Shown here one piece after another: positions 1 to 9,172 of a stretch of DNA of 64,000 bases (its first letter is position 1; the number at the start of each line of letters is the position of its first letter). This DNA comes from a virus. Below the pieces are notes generated by a model. It saw only the letters and a list, made by a program, of their open reading frames with translations. It made no database searches and had not been told where the DNA came from. The stretch lies in IMG/VR virus record IMGVR_UViG_3300021963_000030, one strand, 5' to 3'. Position numbers and translations under genes: made by a program.

Positions 1-2
1 CT

Positions 3-332
3 AATTTTGGATGGGTATATTTGAATTTGCCTCCGACGATGAAGGGTAAATTACGAGAAATGTTAGATGATAGTGATACTACTAACAACACATCAAAGTA
101 TTCTGGTCCAGCAGATAATTTTACTTTGACTTTGACGTTTGATGGAATATTTGGATTTAGAATGTTTCAACACATAGCTATTGCAAATCTTCCAAAACCA
201 TATGTTCCGGGCAACGTGATATTTATGATCAATGAAGTGGATCATCAAATAAATGCTGGTAAATGGGAGACCGTCGTAACAGCAATGTTGAGATGTTGTC
301 CAGACCAAGAATATGAATTTATAAATGTATGA
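3..332 (+). CDS. C-terminal part of a protein entering from the left edge; probably virion/baseplate-hub-like
   Basis: Frame is open from base 3 (NFGWVYLNLP...). The C-terminal pattern TFDGIFG...IFMINEVDHQINAGKWETVV resembles tail-hub C-termini. Confidence 0.5.
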   Translation, partial: NFGWVYLNLPPTMKGKLREMLDDSDTTNNTSKYSGPADNFTLTLTFDGIFGFRMFQHIAIANLPKPYVPGNVIFMINEVDHQINAGKWETVVTAMLRCCPDQEYEFINV

Positions 333-715
333 TTCAAGATGCAGATACCAGTTTAGTCGATAGTTTAGGTCTTGGAAACTTTGATCTATTTTTTCCAAGC
401 ACATATTTGCCTACACCACGTAAGGCTGATTACGAGTATGGTTTCATCACCAGATATTTTATTGGCAAACGAAATCAACAGATCATCATAGAAACAAATG
501 CTCGAGATTATAACGCCACAGATGGGTCTTTTTTTGTTAAAGGAAAGATAGATTGGCAAATAAGTGGAAGAAAGAATAATTTATACAAAGATCAAATCTT
601 GATTGATTCTGGCGTTCAAGAATATAATTTGGTTCAAATAAACAGTTTGAAAAAAACACTACCAGGTATTGAGATAGTGTTATCAAACCCGCTTCAGTTT
701 TGGCAAGGGTATTAA
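329..715 (+). CDS. hypothetical phage protein
   Basis: 128-aa ORF with ATGA overlap to the upstream gene. YLPTPRKADYEYGFITRYF motif. Confidence 0.7.
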   Translation: MIQDADTSLVDSLGLGNFDLFFPSTYLPTPRKADYEYGFITRYFIGKRNQQIIIETNARDYNATDGSFFVKGKIDWQISGRKNNLYKDQILIDSGVQEYNLVQINSLKKTLPGIEIVLSNPLQFWQGY

Positions 716-722
716 AATATAT

Positions 723-750
723 TTGACAGCGACACAACATGGTGTATAGT
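723..750 (+). promoter_or_regulatory. sigma70-type promoter overlapped by an inverted repeat
   Basis: TTGACA(723-728)-N16-TATAGT(745-750). GTG start at 758. Inverted repeat arms at 731-740 and 753-762. Confidence 0.7.
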
Positions 751-757
751 CTATGTC

Positions 758-2071
758 GTGTCACAGTCATCTAAAATATACTTGAAGTTAATCTTCAGAG
801 ATACAAACCTTCATCCGTCGCAGGACAAGGTGATTGCGGCTTTTGTCTACGATTATCAGACCAAACAGACGGAGTATTTCAACTTTGAGCATCCAGATGT
901 AGTTGCAAATTCTACATTCAAGTCGTTCAAAAAAACATTGTTGGATAAAAAAGTTTATGTCAATAACAAAAAACGATACAAGTATCATATTCCAAATGTT
1001 GACTTGTATGACGTAAATCTGTTTTCGTTTCTCAAAGACGGTGAAGTGGTAGAAATGCCTAACCACTTGTATACTACACAGTTACATATGACTCACAACA
1101 AGTTGAATCATGTAAACCTTGTGGTGCCATATGTTGTTCATCAAAATGTATTTGACGCAGAAGTGGATTTGATCGATCAATATGAAGATGAAAACACAGA
1201 CTCATATTGTTTCAAGTTCTTCAACAACATCGTCACAGATACACTGTTTGAAGTGGAACGTAATGGTATTCATGTCAATACTCCTCAGTTTAAAGCATGT
1301 TTTCCAAATGCACGGGTTGCAACTAGTGAAGATGGAAGTAATGATACCGTATACAGTGAATATTACATCTATAATCCCACTGGCAGACCTAGTAACAAGT
1401 TCGATAGTGTAAACTACGTTGCTCTAAACAAAGAGGATGGTTGTAGAGAAAGTTTCACATCAAGATATCCAACTGGTAAATTGATGATGGTAGACTTTAC
1501 TGGATTTCATCCATACTTGGTTGCGCAACTGATTCAATACAAGGTTCCAGACGAAGAAACCATTTATGAACATCTTGCGAAACAGTATTATAATATCGAT
1601 GTTGTAGACGCAAATACATTGTCCAAGTCTAAGAAACAGACGATGGTCAATTTGTATGGTCAGATATCGGATAAACATATACAAATTCCTTATTTCACAA
1701 AGGTAGAAGAACTCAAGAACAAGTATTGGGAAGAGTTCACCAACAAAGGATATGTAAAGACTCCTATTTACAAACGTAAGATCAATCAACATCATATTAT
1801 TGATCCCAACAAAAATAAGTTGTTTGCATACATAATCCAAGCAACCGAGACGGAGTATGGACTAAACAGTTTGGGTAATGTGTTGAAATATGTAGCGGGT
1901 AAGCCAATCATACCCATATTATACATTTATGATAGTATTCTGTTTGACATTGATAGTAGTGTAAAACCCGAAGAAATCAACGATGTTGTGGATATTATTA
2001 GAAATAAACGGTTCAAGGTAAAGGTTTATGAAGGAAATAATTACAATGAAATGACATTAGTCTCAAGTTAA
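758..2071 (+). CDS. short, divergent family A DNA polymerase (Pol I-like polymerase domain)
   Basis: TGRPS, motif A MVDFTGFHPY, motif B KKQTMVNLYG, QATETE, motif C IYDSILFD. 437 aa with no 5'-3' exonuclease domain. Confidence 0.8.
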   Translation: MSQSSKIYLKLIFRDTNLHPSQDKVIAAFVYDYQTKQTEYFNFEHPDVVANSTFKSFKKTLLDKKVYVNNKKRYKYHIPNVDLYDVNLFSFLKDGEVVEMPNHLYTTQLHMTHNKLNHVNLVVPYVVHQNVFDAEVDLIDQYEDENTDSYCFKFFNNIVTDTLFEVERNGIHVNTPQFKACFPNARVATSEDGSNDTVYSEYYIYNPTGRPSNKFDSVNYVALNKEDGCRESFTSRYPTGKLMMVDFTGFHPYLVAQLIQYKVPDEETIYEHLAKQYYNIDVVDANTLSKSKKQTMVNLYGQISDKHIQIPYFTKVEELKNKYWEEFTNKGYVKTPIYKRKINQHHIIDPNKNKLFAYIIQATETEYGLNSLGNVLKYVAGKPIIPILYIYDSILFDIDSSVKPEEINDVVDIIRNKRFKVKVYEGNNYNEMTLVSS

Positions 2072-2074
2072 ACA

Positions 2075-2082
2075 TATTTATA
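2075..2082 (+). promoter_or_regulatory. candidate phage late-promoter motif TATTTATA
   Basis: The same core lies 5-25 nt upstream of starts at 2087, 9211, 12641, 19205, 32021 and 37908, and at 17976 on the minus strand. Confidence 0.5.
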
Positions 2083-2083
2083 A

Positions 2084-3958
2084 TTGATGAAGTTCAACTC
2101 AATTATAAACGATGTTTGTTGTGACAGTCGTATAAAAGATGGCGTGTTGAGGCTCGAATTGCCTGAACACGTTTTTGTGTTACAAGAATACTTGGAGAAG
2201 GCTGGGTTTTCGATTGAAACGGTAGTCAACAAGACAGCTAAGTTATTTGAAGCAGGTCGCTTTCCAGAACGTCAAGCATATAATAAAGATGGTATATTGG
2301 TTACATTTCCAAGCAAAGAATATCGTGATCGTGCCGTAGATAAAGGAACACACTTTGCAGAGAACCCGAAGAAAAATACAGGAACTTTGTTTTCACCCAC
2401 TGACACTGGAGGATTGTCAACCGCTGATATTGAGAAAACCGACACTGGTGAAGAAAAAGCAGACTCAGATAAATCTGACACAGTATCTCTTGACAAGGAG
2501 TTGAACAAGAAAGTAACTGGTGATGACAAACAAGATGATCGTAGCACCAAAGAAAAGGTTCAAGATGCGGAAGCTGTATCTTCAATCCTTACTGGCGGAA
2601 CTCCGTTGATTAACCAACAAGTAGATGAATGTGATGATTGTGGTTGTGACGAGTGTGACAAAGAAGAATACACCATTGCCGAAGCAAAGAGATATGGTTT
2701 TTACAACAAAGGAATGTTGTGGTATGACTCTGATGGAAATTTGATTGGAGAACAAGTTTATAAGGAAAGTGTTGGACCAGTAATAATTGCTGAAGCAACT
2801 AAATGTAATGCTCAAAAAATGGAGTATTACATAAATGATGAAATTGGTGGAAAAAACAGCGGTGATACAGTTGCTAAACAAATTGCTGGTAAACTAAAGA
2901 AACAAGGTATAACTAAATCCACTGCTCTTGGAGATTTATCGTGTGATATCACAAACCCACTATTCACACAATTAAATGCTACTTCAAAGACCGATTTGAT
3001 TTTTGAAGGAAAGAAACGAATGAGAGCCAGTTTGAAAGCAAAAGGTGCTCAAATTTGTAGTGCGCAAAATGCCGAAGTAAACTCTGTGGTATCTGCTATA
3101 TTACAAGACACAGGTGAAGATAAAAAAGTAATGGAACAAGTTTCTGCATTCATCATTGATGGCTTACAAAAGAAGTTTTACATTGGACTCAAAGATGAAG
3201 TAAAAGAGAAACTACACAAATCATTGACATCCGCAATCAAGGGTGAAAAGAGTGTGCAAGAAATTAAAAAAGAAGTTAGTGATTTGGAAAGTATCATCAT
3301 ACAAAACAAACAATTTGTTAAAAGTGGTGTCATACCTGTGGATGTCGAAAAGGTAATGTTGACATTAAACAGTGTATTTGTTGGTCCTCATAGAAAACTT
3401 TTGATTGAAGAATTAGCAACAGGTAAACGTAGATTCCAACAAGGAAAGGCAGACTTTAGTGCCGATTGTATTGCTGATCACATGATGACATGGGATTGTA
3501 ATGCAGAATATCACTTGTATACAGTTTCTAAATTTATTGCTGATAACGATACCAACATATCATTTAGATTTTCAAACCGTGGTGGAGTTCGTGGTATTTC
3601 TATTCGTGGCGACATTAAACTAGAAGAAGTCAAGTTGGATGAAGGTATGATGGATATGTTGAAAGGTGTCGGCACCGCATTAACCGATTACTTTAGTGAT
3701 GTCTGGACCAGAATTAAATCACTAAGCGGCGAACTTAAAGAATTTTTTACTAAAGCGTGGGAGAATATCAAATCTGGGTTGCAGAGCTTATATGAGATGT
3801 TATTGCGATTCGCAAGATACCTAAAAGCGCTGGTAGTTGAAGGATGGGAACGATTCACAGAATTTTTAGGATTTGAGGGACATGCTGATGGTGCTTGGAA
3901 GTGGGAAATGCCAATATCATCGCAACAATCTCCTGTTGCTGAACCTACATTAACATGA
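2084..3958 (+). CDS. multidomain protein with central PD-(D/E)XK-like motif; probable protease-processed internal virion protein
   Basis: TSKTD...ASLK motif. LFE/A, IAE/A (twice) and LDE/G sites. Acidic linker and W/F-periodic helical C-terminus. ATG at 2087. Confidence 0.55.
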   Translation: MMKFNSIINDVCCDSRIKDGVLRLELPEHVFVLQEYLEKAGFSIETVVNKTAKLFEAGRFPERQAYNKDGILVTFPSKEYRDRAVDKGTHFAENPKKNTGTLFSPTDTGGLSTADIEKTDTGEEKADSDKSDTVSLDKELNKKVTGDDKQDDRSTKEKVQDAEAVSSILTGGTPLINQQVDECDDCGCDECDKEEYTIAEAKRYGFYNKGMLWYDSDGNLIGEQVYKESVGPVIIAEATKCNAQKMEYYINDEIGGKNSGDTVAKQIAGKLKKQGITKSTALGDLSCDITNPLFTQLNATSKTDLIFEGKKRMRASLKAKGAQICSAQNAEVNSVVSAILQDTGEDKKVMEQVSAFIIDGLQKKFYIGLKDEVKEKLHKSLTSAIKGEKSVQEIKKEVSDLESIIIQNKQFVKSGVIPVDVEKVMLTLNSVFVGPHRKLLIEELATGKRRFQQGKADFSADCIADHMMTWDCNAEYHLYTVSKFIADNDTNISFRFSNRGGVRGISIRGDIKLEEVKLDEGMMDMLKGVGTALTDYFSDVWTRIKSLSGELKEFFTKAWENIKSGLQSLYEMLLRFARYLKALVVEGWERFTEFLGFEGHADGAWKWEMPISSQQSPVAEPTLT

Positions 3959-4350
3959 TTCAAAAACAACTACTTTGCACATTTTCAGATAGCAACAAAT
4001 ATTTGTCGGTCGTAGAAGACATCAAAAAAACCTACGAAATGGCAGATAACAAAATCTTCGTGTTTGCTAATGAAAAAAATCTTCGGGAAATATACCTAAC
4101 ATTCAATATTGTCAAAAATGTTGATTCTAAGATCAAGTATCCAAACACCATAAGCGTTCATAGAAAGAAACAAACTAACACGCTTTATACTCTCAATGCG
4201 ATGAACAGATTGATTGAAGATGAGAACAATGGTGTGTTTGATAAAACGTTTCAATTGAACTGGGAATTGTATCAAAACAGCATCATTTTGATAGCTGATC
4301 CTGGTGTAAAAATTGTTGGATTAAAGTTGTTTTCTGTGCTTTCGTGGTGA
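3955..4350 (+). CDS. conserved hypothetical phage protein
   Basis: 131-aa ORF with ATGA coupling. LLCTF...NKIFVF...TISVHRKKQTNTLYTLNAMN. Confidence 0.75.
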   Translation: MIQKQLLCTFSDSNKYLSVVEDIKKTYEMADNKIFVFANEKNLREIYLTFNIVKNVDSKIKYPNTISVHRKKQTNTLYTLNAMNRLIEDENNGVFDKTFQLNWELYQNSIILIADPGVKIVGLKLFSVLSW

Positions 4351-4364
4351 TATGTATTTATACC

Positions 4365-4393
4365 TTGACGGTCTTCTGCACATCGTGTAGAGT
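4365..4393 (+). promoter_or_regulatory. sigma70-type promoter of the SSB operon
   Basis: TTGACG(4365-4370)-N17-TAGAGT(4388-4393). Confidence 0.6.
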
Positions 4394-4404
4394 GTTGTCA
4401 TGGT

Positions 4405-4486
4405 GATTCGTTACGAATCTTAATTTAAGTGAATTAAGACTACTTAACTAATTAACCGTTAAACTAATTAAATAATTAAACTAATT
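4405..4486 (+). promoter_or_regulatory. structured plus AU-rich 5' leader of the SSB gene (candidate translational operator)
   Basis: Hairpins GATTCG-tta-CGAATC and TCTTAATT-taagtg-AATTAAGA, then four TAATTA repeats up to the ATG. Confidence 0.5.
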
Positions 4487-5371
4487 ATGGCACTAAATAT
4501 ATCGCAGTTAAAGAGTCGCTTGAACTCCCTTTCAAGCCAAGGTTCTGGAAACAGTAAGAAGAATGACGTTCTCTGGAAGCCTAATCCCGGTAAGCAAGTT
4601 GTTCGTATTGTTCCCTATAAGTTCAATCCCGAGAATCCGTTTATCGAACTCAAGTTCCACTATAACATCAATGGTAAGACCTATTTGTCTCCTGACAGCT
4701 TTGGTCGTCCAGATCCTATCGTGGAGTTTGCTAATCGTCTCAAGAAGACTGGTTCTAAGGAAGATTGGCAGATGGGTCGTAAGATGGAACCCAAGATGCG
4801 CACATTCGCTCCGGTGATCGTTCGTGGTCAAGAGAGTGAAGGTGTCAAGTTCTGGGGATTCGGCAAGACCGTGTATCAAGAGCTTGTTTCTGTGTGTCTT
4901 GATCCAGAGTATGGTGATATTACTGATCCCGCCAATGGTCGTGACATTACTATCGAATTCAAGACTGCCGAAGAGACTGGTAAGAGTTTCCCAGAAACCA
5001 CAGTTCGTGTGAAGCCAAACGTCACTCCGGCTGTTGATCCTAAGAATCCTCAACTTATTGAGTCTCTTAAGAATCAGACCAACATCCTAGACTTGTTCCC
5101 AGAGTTGTCTTATGATGAACTCAAGGACGTTATGGATAAGTGGTTGAATCCAGAGACCGCAGGTGAAGTTGAAGTTCCTGCCGGAACCGAGACTGACGAG
5201 GCTGTTGCCGAAGCTCCCGCCAAGGTTGTTCAGGCAGCTATCGCATCTAAGCCTACTGTCGCACCAAAGGCAGAAGCTAAGAAGGCTCCGTTTGTTTCTC
5301 CTACGGCAAAGAAGTCAGCTGGTCAATCTACTGATGTAGAGAAGGCTTTTGACGATTTGTTCAACTCCTAA
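4487..5371 (+). CDS. single-stranded DNA-binding protein, T4 gp32-like
   Basis: LWKPNPGKQVVRIVP, PFIELKFHY, VKFWGFGKTVYQEL, DITDPANGRDITI. Acidic/aromatic tail DVEKAFDDLFNS. Confidence 0.88.
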   Translation: MALNISQLKSRLNSLSSQGSGNSKKNDVLWKPNPGKQVVRIVPYKFNPENPFIELKFHYNINGKTYLSPDSFGRPDPIVEFANRLKKTGSKEDWQMGRKMEPKMRTFAPVIVRGQESEGVKFWGFGKTVYQELVSVCLDPEYGDITDPANGRDITIEFKTAEETGKSFPETTVRVKPNVTPAVDPKNPQLIESLKNQTNILDLFPELSYDELKDVMDKWLNPETAGEVEVPAGTETDEAVAEAPAKVVQAAIASKPTVAPKAEAKKAPFVSPTAKKSAGQSTDVEKAFDDLFNS

Positions 5372-5382
5372 AAACAATAAAT

Positions 5383-5417
5383 AAAGCCGGTGGAGTTTTT
5401 TATACCCCACCGGCTTT
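5383..5417 (+). terminator. intrinsic terminator-like hairpin
   Basis: AAAGCCGGTGG...CCACCGGCTTT 11-bp stem after the SSB stop codon. Confidence 0.6.
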
Positions 5418-5432
5418 CTAGTTATACACGTT

Positions 5433-6575
5433 ATGGCAAAAAAATCAAGTAGCGGACAAGATTCCAATAGAGACGATTTAATCGATTTACTCCAAACTGA
5501 GCTTAACAAGGCTAATAAGGATGGAGGAAAGATTGCGTATAAGTTGGATGAACAAGATAATCCCGCTGATATCACAGATTGGATCAGCACGGGTTCATCT
5601 ATTTTGGATTTAGCAATCAGCAATAGACCTCACGGTGGATTGCCGGTTGGTAAAATGGTGGAATTCAACGGCCTAGAAGGCACTGGTAAGAGTCTTGTCA
5701 GTGCGCATGTCGTGGCCGATACTCAGAGAAAGGGTGGTGTAGCAGTTATTATCGATACCGAGAATGCTGCTGCCCCTGAGTTCTGGAAGAGCCTTGGTGT
5801 AAATCTATCTAAACTTCTGTATGTTCAATGTGAAACCGTCGAGGACATTTTTGAACAGATGGAGAAGATGATTGCAATTGTGAGAAAGTCCAACAAGGAT
5901 CGTATTCTTACAATCATCGTTGACTCTGTGGCAGCTGCTTCTACAAAGGCAGAACTAGAGAGTGAACATGGCAAGGATGGTTATGCAACTGGTAAGAGTA
6001 TTATTATCAGTAAGGCTATGAGAAAGATTACCAACATGATTGGAAAACAGAAGGTTCTCACTGTTTTCACCAATCAACTACGTCAAAATCTGAATGCTAT
6101 GGCATTTGGTGACAAGTATGTGGTGAGTGGTGGTAAGGCTCTGGCATATCATTGTAGTGTTCGTGTTCGTCTTAACAATACTGGTAAGCTCAAGAAGGGT
6201 GAGGAAATCATCGGTAATGAGTGTAAGGCAGTTGTTGTTAAGAATCGTATGGGTCCGCCCAATCGTCTCGCCAATTTCGATATCTACTATGATAGTGGAA
6301 TTGCCGACTATAGCAGTTGGATTAAAGTTCTCAAGGACAACAATCTGATCAAACAAGGTGGTGCATATTATACCTATCAAAAGGATGATGGCACCGAGTG
6401 GAAGTTTCAATCTAAGGATTTTATTTCCACACTACAAACTGAAACAAAGCTCAAGGAAGAAATTTACTTGAAGATTTGTGACGCAGTTGTTATGAAATAC
6501 AAAGACCCAAACAGCAAGATTGTAGAAGACGCAGAAGTGTCCTCTGATGAAGAAGACGCCGGTGCTGAAGAATAA
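5433..6575 (+). CDS. uvsX: RecA/UvsX recombinase
   Basis: ISTGSSILDLAI, Walker A GLEGTGKS, IIVDSVAA, FTNQLR, SGGKALAYHCSVRVRL, KNRMGPP. Confidence 0.95.
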   Translation: MAKKSSSGQDSNRDDLIDLLQTELNKANKDGGKIAYKLDEQDNPADITDWISTGSSILDLAISNRPHGGLPVGKMVEFNGLEGTGKSLVSAHVVADTQRKGGVAVIIDTENAAAPEFWKSLGVNLSKLLYVQCETVEDIFEQMEKMIAIVRKSNKDRILTIIVDSVAAASTKAELESEHGKDGYATGKSIIISKAMRKITNMIGKQKVLTVFTNQLRQNLNAMAFGDKYVVSGGKALAYHCSVRVRLNNTGKLKKGEEIIGNECKAVVVKNRMGPPNRLANFDIYYDSGIADYSSWIKVLKDNNLIKQGGAYYTYQKDDGTEWKFQSKDFISTLQTETKLKEEIYLKICDAVVMKYKDPNSKIVEDAEVSSDEEDAGAEE

Positions 6576-6577
6576 TC

Positions 6578-7645
6578 ATGAGTGGATTTACTTCCAACGA
6601 GAAGAAAAGATTGTTCTCTCTGTTTGAGAACATCAAAGAGGATGTTGGGGTTAGTGGCCTTCAAAAAACCACCAACTCCGACATCCTCATCGTAGACGGT
6701 CTAAATACCTTTATTAGATCGTTTATGGCGGTTCCATCTATGAATGACGATGGAATGCACACGGGTGGCATCGCTGGATTCTTGAAGAGTGTTGGTTATG
6801 CCATCAAACTCTTGAATCCTACCCGTGTTATTGTTGTATTTGATGGTAACGGCGGAAGCCAGAAACGTCGTAAGATTTATCCAGAATACAAAAAGGGACG
6901 TAAGACTCGTATCAAGTTCAACAGAACCTACGATGAAATGTCTAGTAGTGACATTGAACAAAAGAATCTCAAGATGGAACTTTTGAGGTTGGTCAATTAT
7001 CTTGAAGTATTACCAATTACAGTAATGGCAATTGATAATATTGAGGCAGATGATACTATTGCTTACTTGGCTGAACAAACATTCAAGGATAGTAATGTTA
7101 CCATCATGTCTTCTGACAAAGATTTCCTACAGTTGGCTAGTGACAAAATCAAAATTTGGAGTCCTACCAAGAAGAAGATCTTTGGCTGCAAAGAAATTGT
7201 AGACGAGTATGGTATCACTTGTAATAACTTTATCTTCTATAGGTCTATGGAAGGTGATGATAGTGATAATATTCCAGGCATCAATGGTGCCGGGTTAAAA
7301 ACCATTTTGAAGTGTTTTCCGTTTTTGGCAGACGAACGTCAAACTTCGTTGCAAGAAATCTACAATTATGCCGAAAACAACAAGAGCAAGTATAAGCTCT
7401 ATGAAAAAGTATTGAGTGAGAAATTGACTCTTGAAAGAAACTATGAGTTAATGCAGTTGAAAGACACGCAGATTCAGTCTTTCACTCAACTACGTATCGA
7501 GGAAATTATCCAAAAGCCAGTTCCCCATATTAATAAACTGGCCTTCAGCAAGTTGATCAATGAGGATAAGATGTGGAGTAACCTACCTAACTACATGGTA
7601 TGGTTGAATGAGACTTGGGGCAAGGTCAACAGTTTTGTAATCTAA
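6578..7645 (+). CDS. 5'-3' exonuclease / T4 RNase H-like flap nuclease
   Basis: LIVDGLNTFIR, VVFDG, EYKKGR, EADDTIAY, SSDKDFLQL, GDDSDNIPGING. Confidence 0.92.
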   Translation: MSGFTSNEKKRLFSLFENIKEDVGVSGLQKTTNSDILIVDGLNTFIRSFMAVPSMNDDGMHTGGIAGFLKSVGYAIKLLNPTRVIVVFDGNGGSQKRRKIYPEYKKGRKTRIKFNRTYDEMSSSDIEQKNLKMELLRLVNYLEVLPITVMAIDNIEADDTIAYLAEQTFKDSNVTIMSSDKDFLQLASDKIKIWSPTKKKIFGCKEIVDEYGITCNNFIFYRSMEGDDSDNIPGINGAGLKTILKCFPFLADERQTSLQEIYNYAENNKSKYKLYEKVLSEKLTLERNYELMQLKDTQIQSFTQLRIEEIIQKPVPHINKLAFSKLINEDKMWSNLPNYMVWLNETWGKVNSFVI

Positions 7646-7664
7646 CAAGTATAATAAGTTGTAG

Positions 7665-7687
7665 ATGCTACGCATGTAGTGTAGCAT
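7665..7687 (+). promoter_or_regulatory. stem-loop in the helicase gene leader
   Basis: ATGCTACGC-atgta-GTGTAGCAT (9 bp with one G-U pair). TATAAT at 7650-7655 has no clear -35. Confidence 0.35.
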
Positions 7688-7711
7688 TGTATTTCAACAA
7701 GAAAGTAACAC

Positions 7712-9097
7712 ATGAGCGAAAAAGTAATTATCGACAACCTAAAGAAATTCGGAAGTGAATTCCAAATCAAATGTATCTCTGGATTGGTATCCGACCGTCC
7801 ATTCATCGAACGACTCGCAGACATTGTAGAAGCAGAATTCTTTGAGAATGAAGCACATCGTTGGATTGTCAAGGAAAGTATCAGTTACTTCAACGAGTAT
7901 CGTGATCTACCTTCACTCAATGTATTTAAGGTGAGACTTGAGACCGTTTCCAACGAAGCTCTCAAGGCAAGTATCGTCAATAACCTCAAAGTCGTTTATC
8001 AAAAGATGAACGATGGTGATTTGGTCTTCATCAAGGAACAGTTTCTTGAATTCTGTAAGAATCAGAAGTTGAAGAATGCCATCAACGAAGCAGTTGACCT
8101 TTTGGTGACTGGTGAGTATGAGAAGATCAAGAGCAAGGTTGACGAGGCTCTCAAGGCGGGTATGGAACGTAATCTTGGTCATTCATACGAAGAAGACGTT
8201 GAGAAACGTATGACTGTGATGGCTCGTAATTCAATCAAGACCAATTGGGATGTGATTGATGCACTAATGGATGGTGGTCTTGGACCCGGCGAACTTGGTA
8301 TTATTACGGCTTGTGCCGGTAGTGGTAAGAGTTGGGTCTTGAGTAAGATCGGTGCAGAGGCGATGAAGCAAGGCAAGAATGTTCTTCACTTCACTTTGGA
8401 GTTGAATGAAAACTATGTGGGGCTTCGTTATGACTCATGTTTCACGGGTATTGACTTCCAGAATATTCGTAACAATGTATCAGTTGTTAAGGAAAAGATT
8501 GGTCAAGTGCCTGGTAAGTTGAAAATTAAGTATTTTCCTATCAAAACTGTGTCTGCTCATAGTTTGAAGTCACATTGTGAACGTATTCAGACGTTGGGAA
8601 CTAAGATTGACATGATTATTGTTGACTACGCTGATATTCTACGTCCTATTCATAGTGAACGTAACAGTAATAGTTATCAAGAAGCTGGTGGTATTTATGA
8701 AGAACTTCGTAGTATTGCCGGTGAACTTCAAGTTCCTATTTGGAGTGCTTCACAAAGTAACCGTGCCGCAATGGATGAAGATATTATTCAGGCAAATAAC
8801 ATCGCAGACAGTTATCGTAAGATTATGACGGCTGACTTTGTTATGTCACTAAGTCGTAAAGTTACCGATAAAGTCAACAATACTGCACGATTTCACATTA
8901 TCAAGAATCGATTTGGTCCTGATGGTTTGACATTCCCAAGCAAAATGAATGCAGGATGTGGTCAGATCGAAATATTCAGTGAATCTTCTAGAGAAGGTAT
9001 GGCACTTCAGAACGAAATGATGGATGGTGAAAACCAAGTCAAAAAGATTTTGAAGAATAAATGGAATGCCCATACAAGCGACGATGATGAGGAATAA
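7712..9097 (+). CDS. dnaB: replicative DNA helicase, DnaB/T4 gp41 family
   Basis: GGLGPGEL, Walker A AGSGKS, FTLELNE, IIVDYADIL, WSASQSNR, TADFVMSL, KNRFGPDG. Confidence 0.93.
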   Translation: MSEKVIIDNLKKFGSEFQIKCISGLVSDRPFIERLADIVEAEFFENEAHRWIVKESISYFNEYRDLPSLNVFKVRLETVSNEALKASIVNNLKVVYQKMNDGDLVFIKEQFLEFCKNQKLKNAINEAVDLLVTGEYEKIKSKVDEALKAGMERNLGHSYEEDVEKRMTVMARNSIKTNWDVIDALMDGGLGPGELGIITACAGSGKSWVLSKIGAEAMKQGKNVLHFTLELNENYVGLRYDSCFTGIDFQNIRNNVSVVKEKIGQVPGKLKIKYFPIKTVSAHSLKSHCERIQTLGTKIDMIIVDYADILRPIHSERNSNSYQEAGGIYEELRSIAGELQVPIWSASQSNRAAMDEDIIQANNIADSYRKIMTADFVMSLSRKVTDKVNNTARFHIIKNRFGPDGLTFPSKMNAGCGQIEIFSESSREGMALQNEMMDGENQVKKILKNKWNAHTSDDDEE

Positions 9098-9105
9098 TCC
9101 ATAGT

Positions 9106-9172
9106 GTGCCGTTATAAAAAACCTGACAAAAAAAGTTTCAAAAAGTTTCGTCAGAGAGTTTATAACGGCACT
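9106..9172. repeat. perfect 14-bp inverted repeat with inner stem and a 10-bp tandem repeat in the loop
   Basis: GTGCCGTTATAAAA (9106-9119) / TTTTATAACGGCAC (9159-9172). CTGAC/GTCAG inner stem. AAAAAGTTTC twice (9130-9149). Confidence 0.9.

Noticed and set aside
758-2071. DpoZ-like polymerase for a Z-base genome
   Set aside because: No purZ, datZ or mazZ genes in the window, and the protein is much shorter and lacks an intact exonuclease domain.
9106-9172. NrdR box or intrinsic terminator upstream of nrdA
   Set aside because: No match to the NrdR consensus and no U-tract after the stem.
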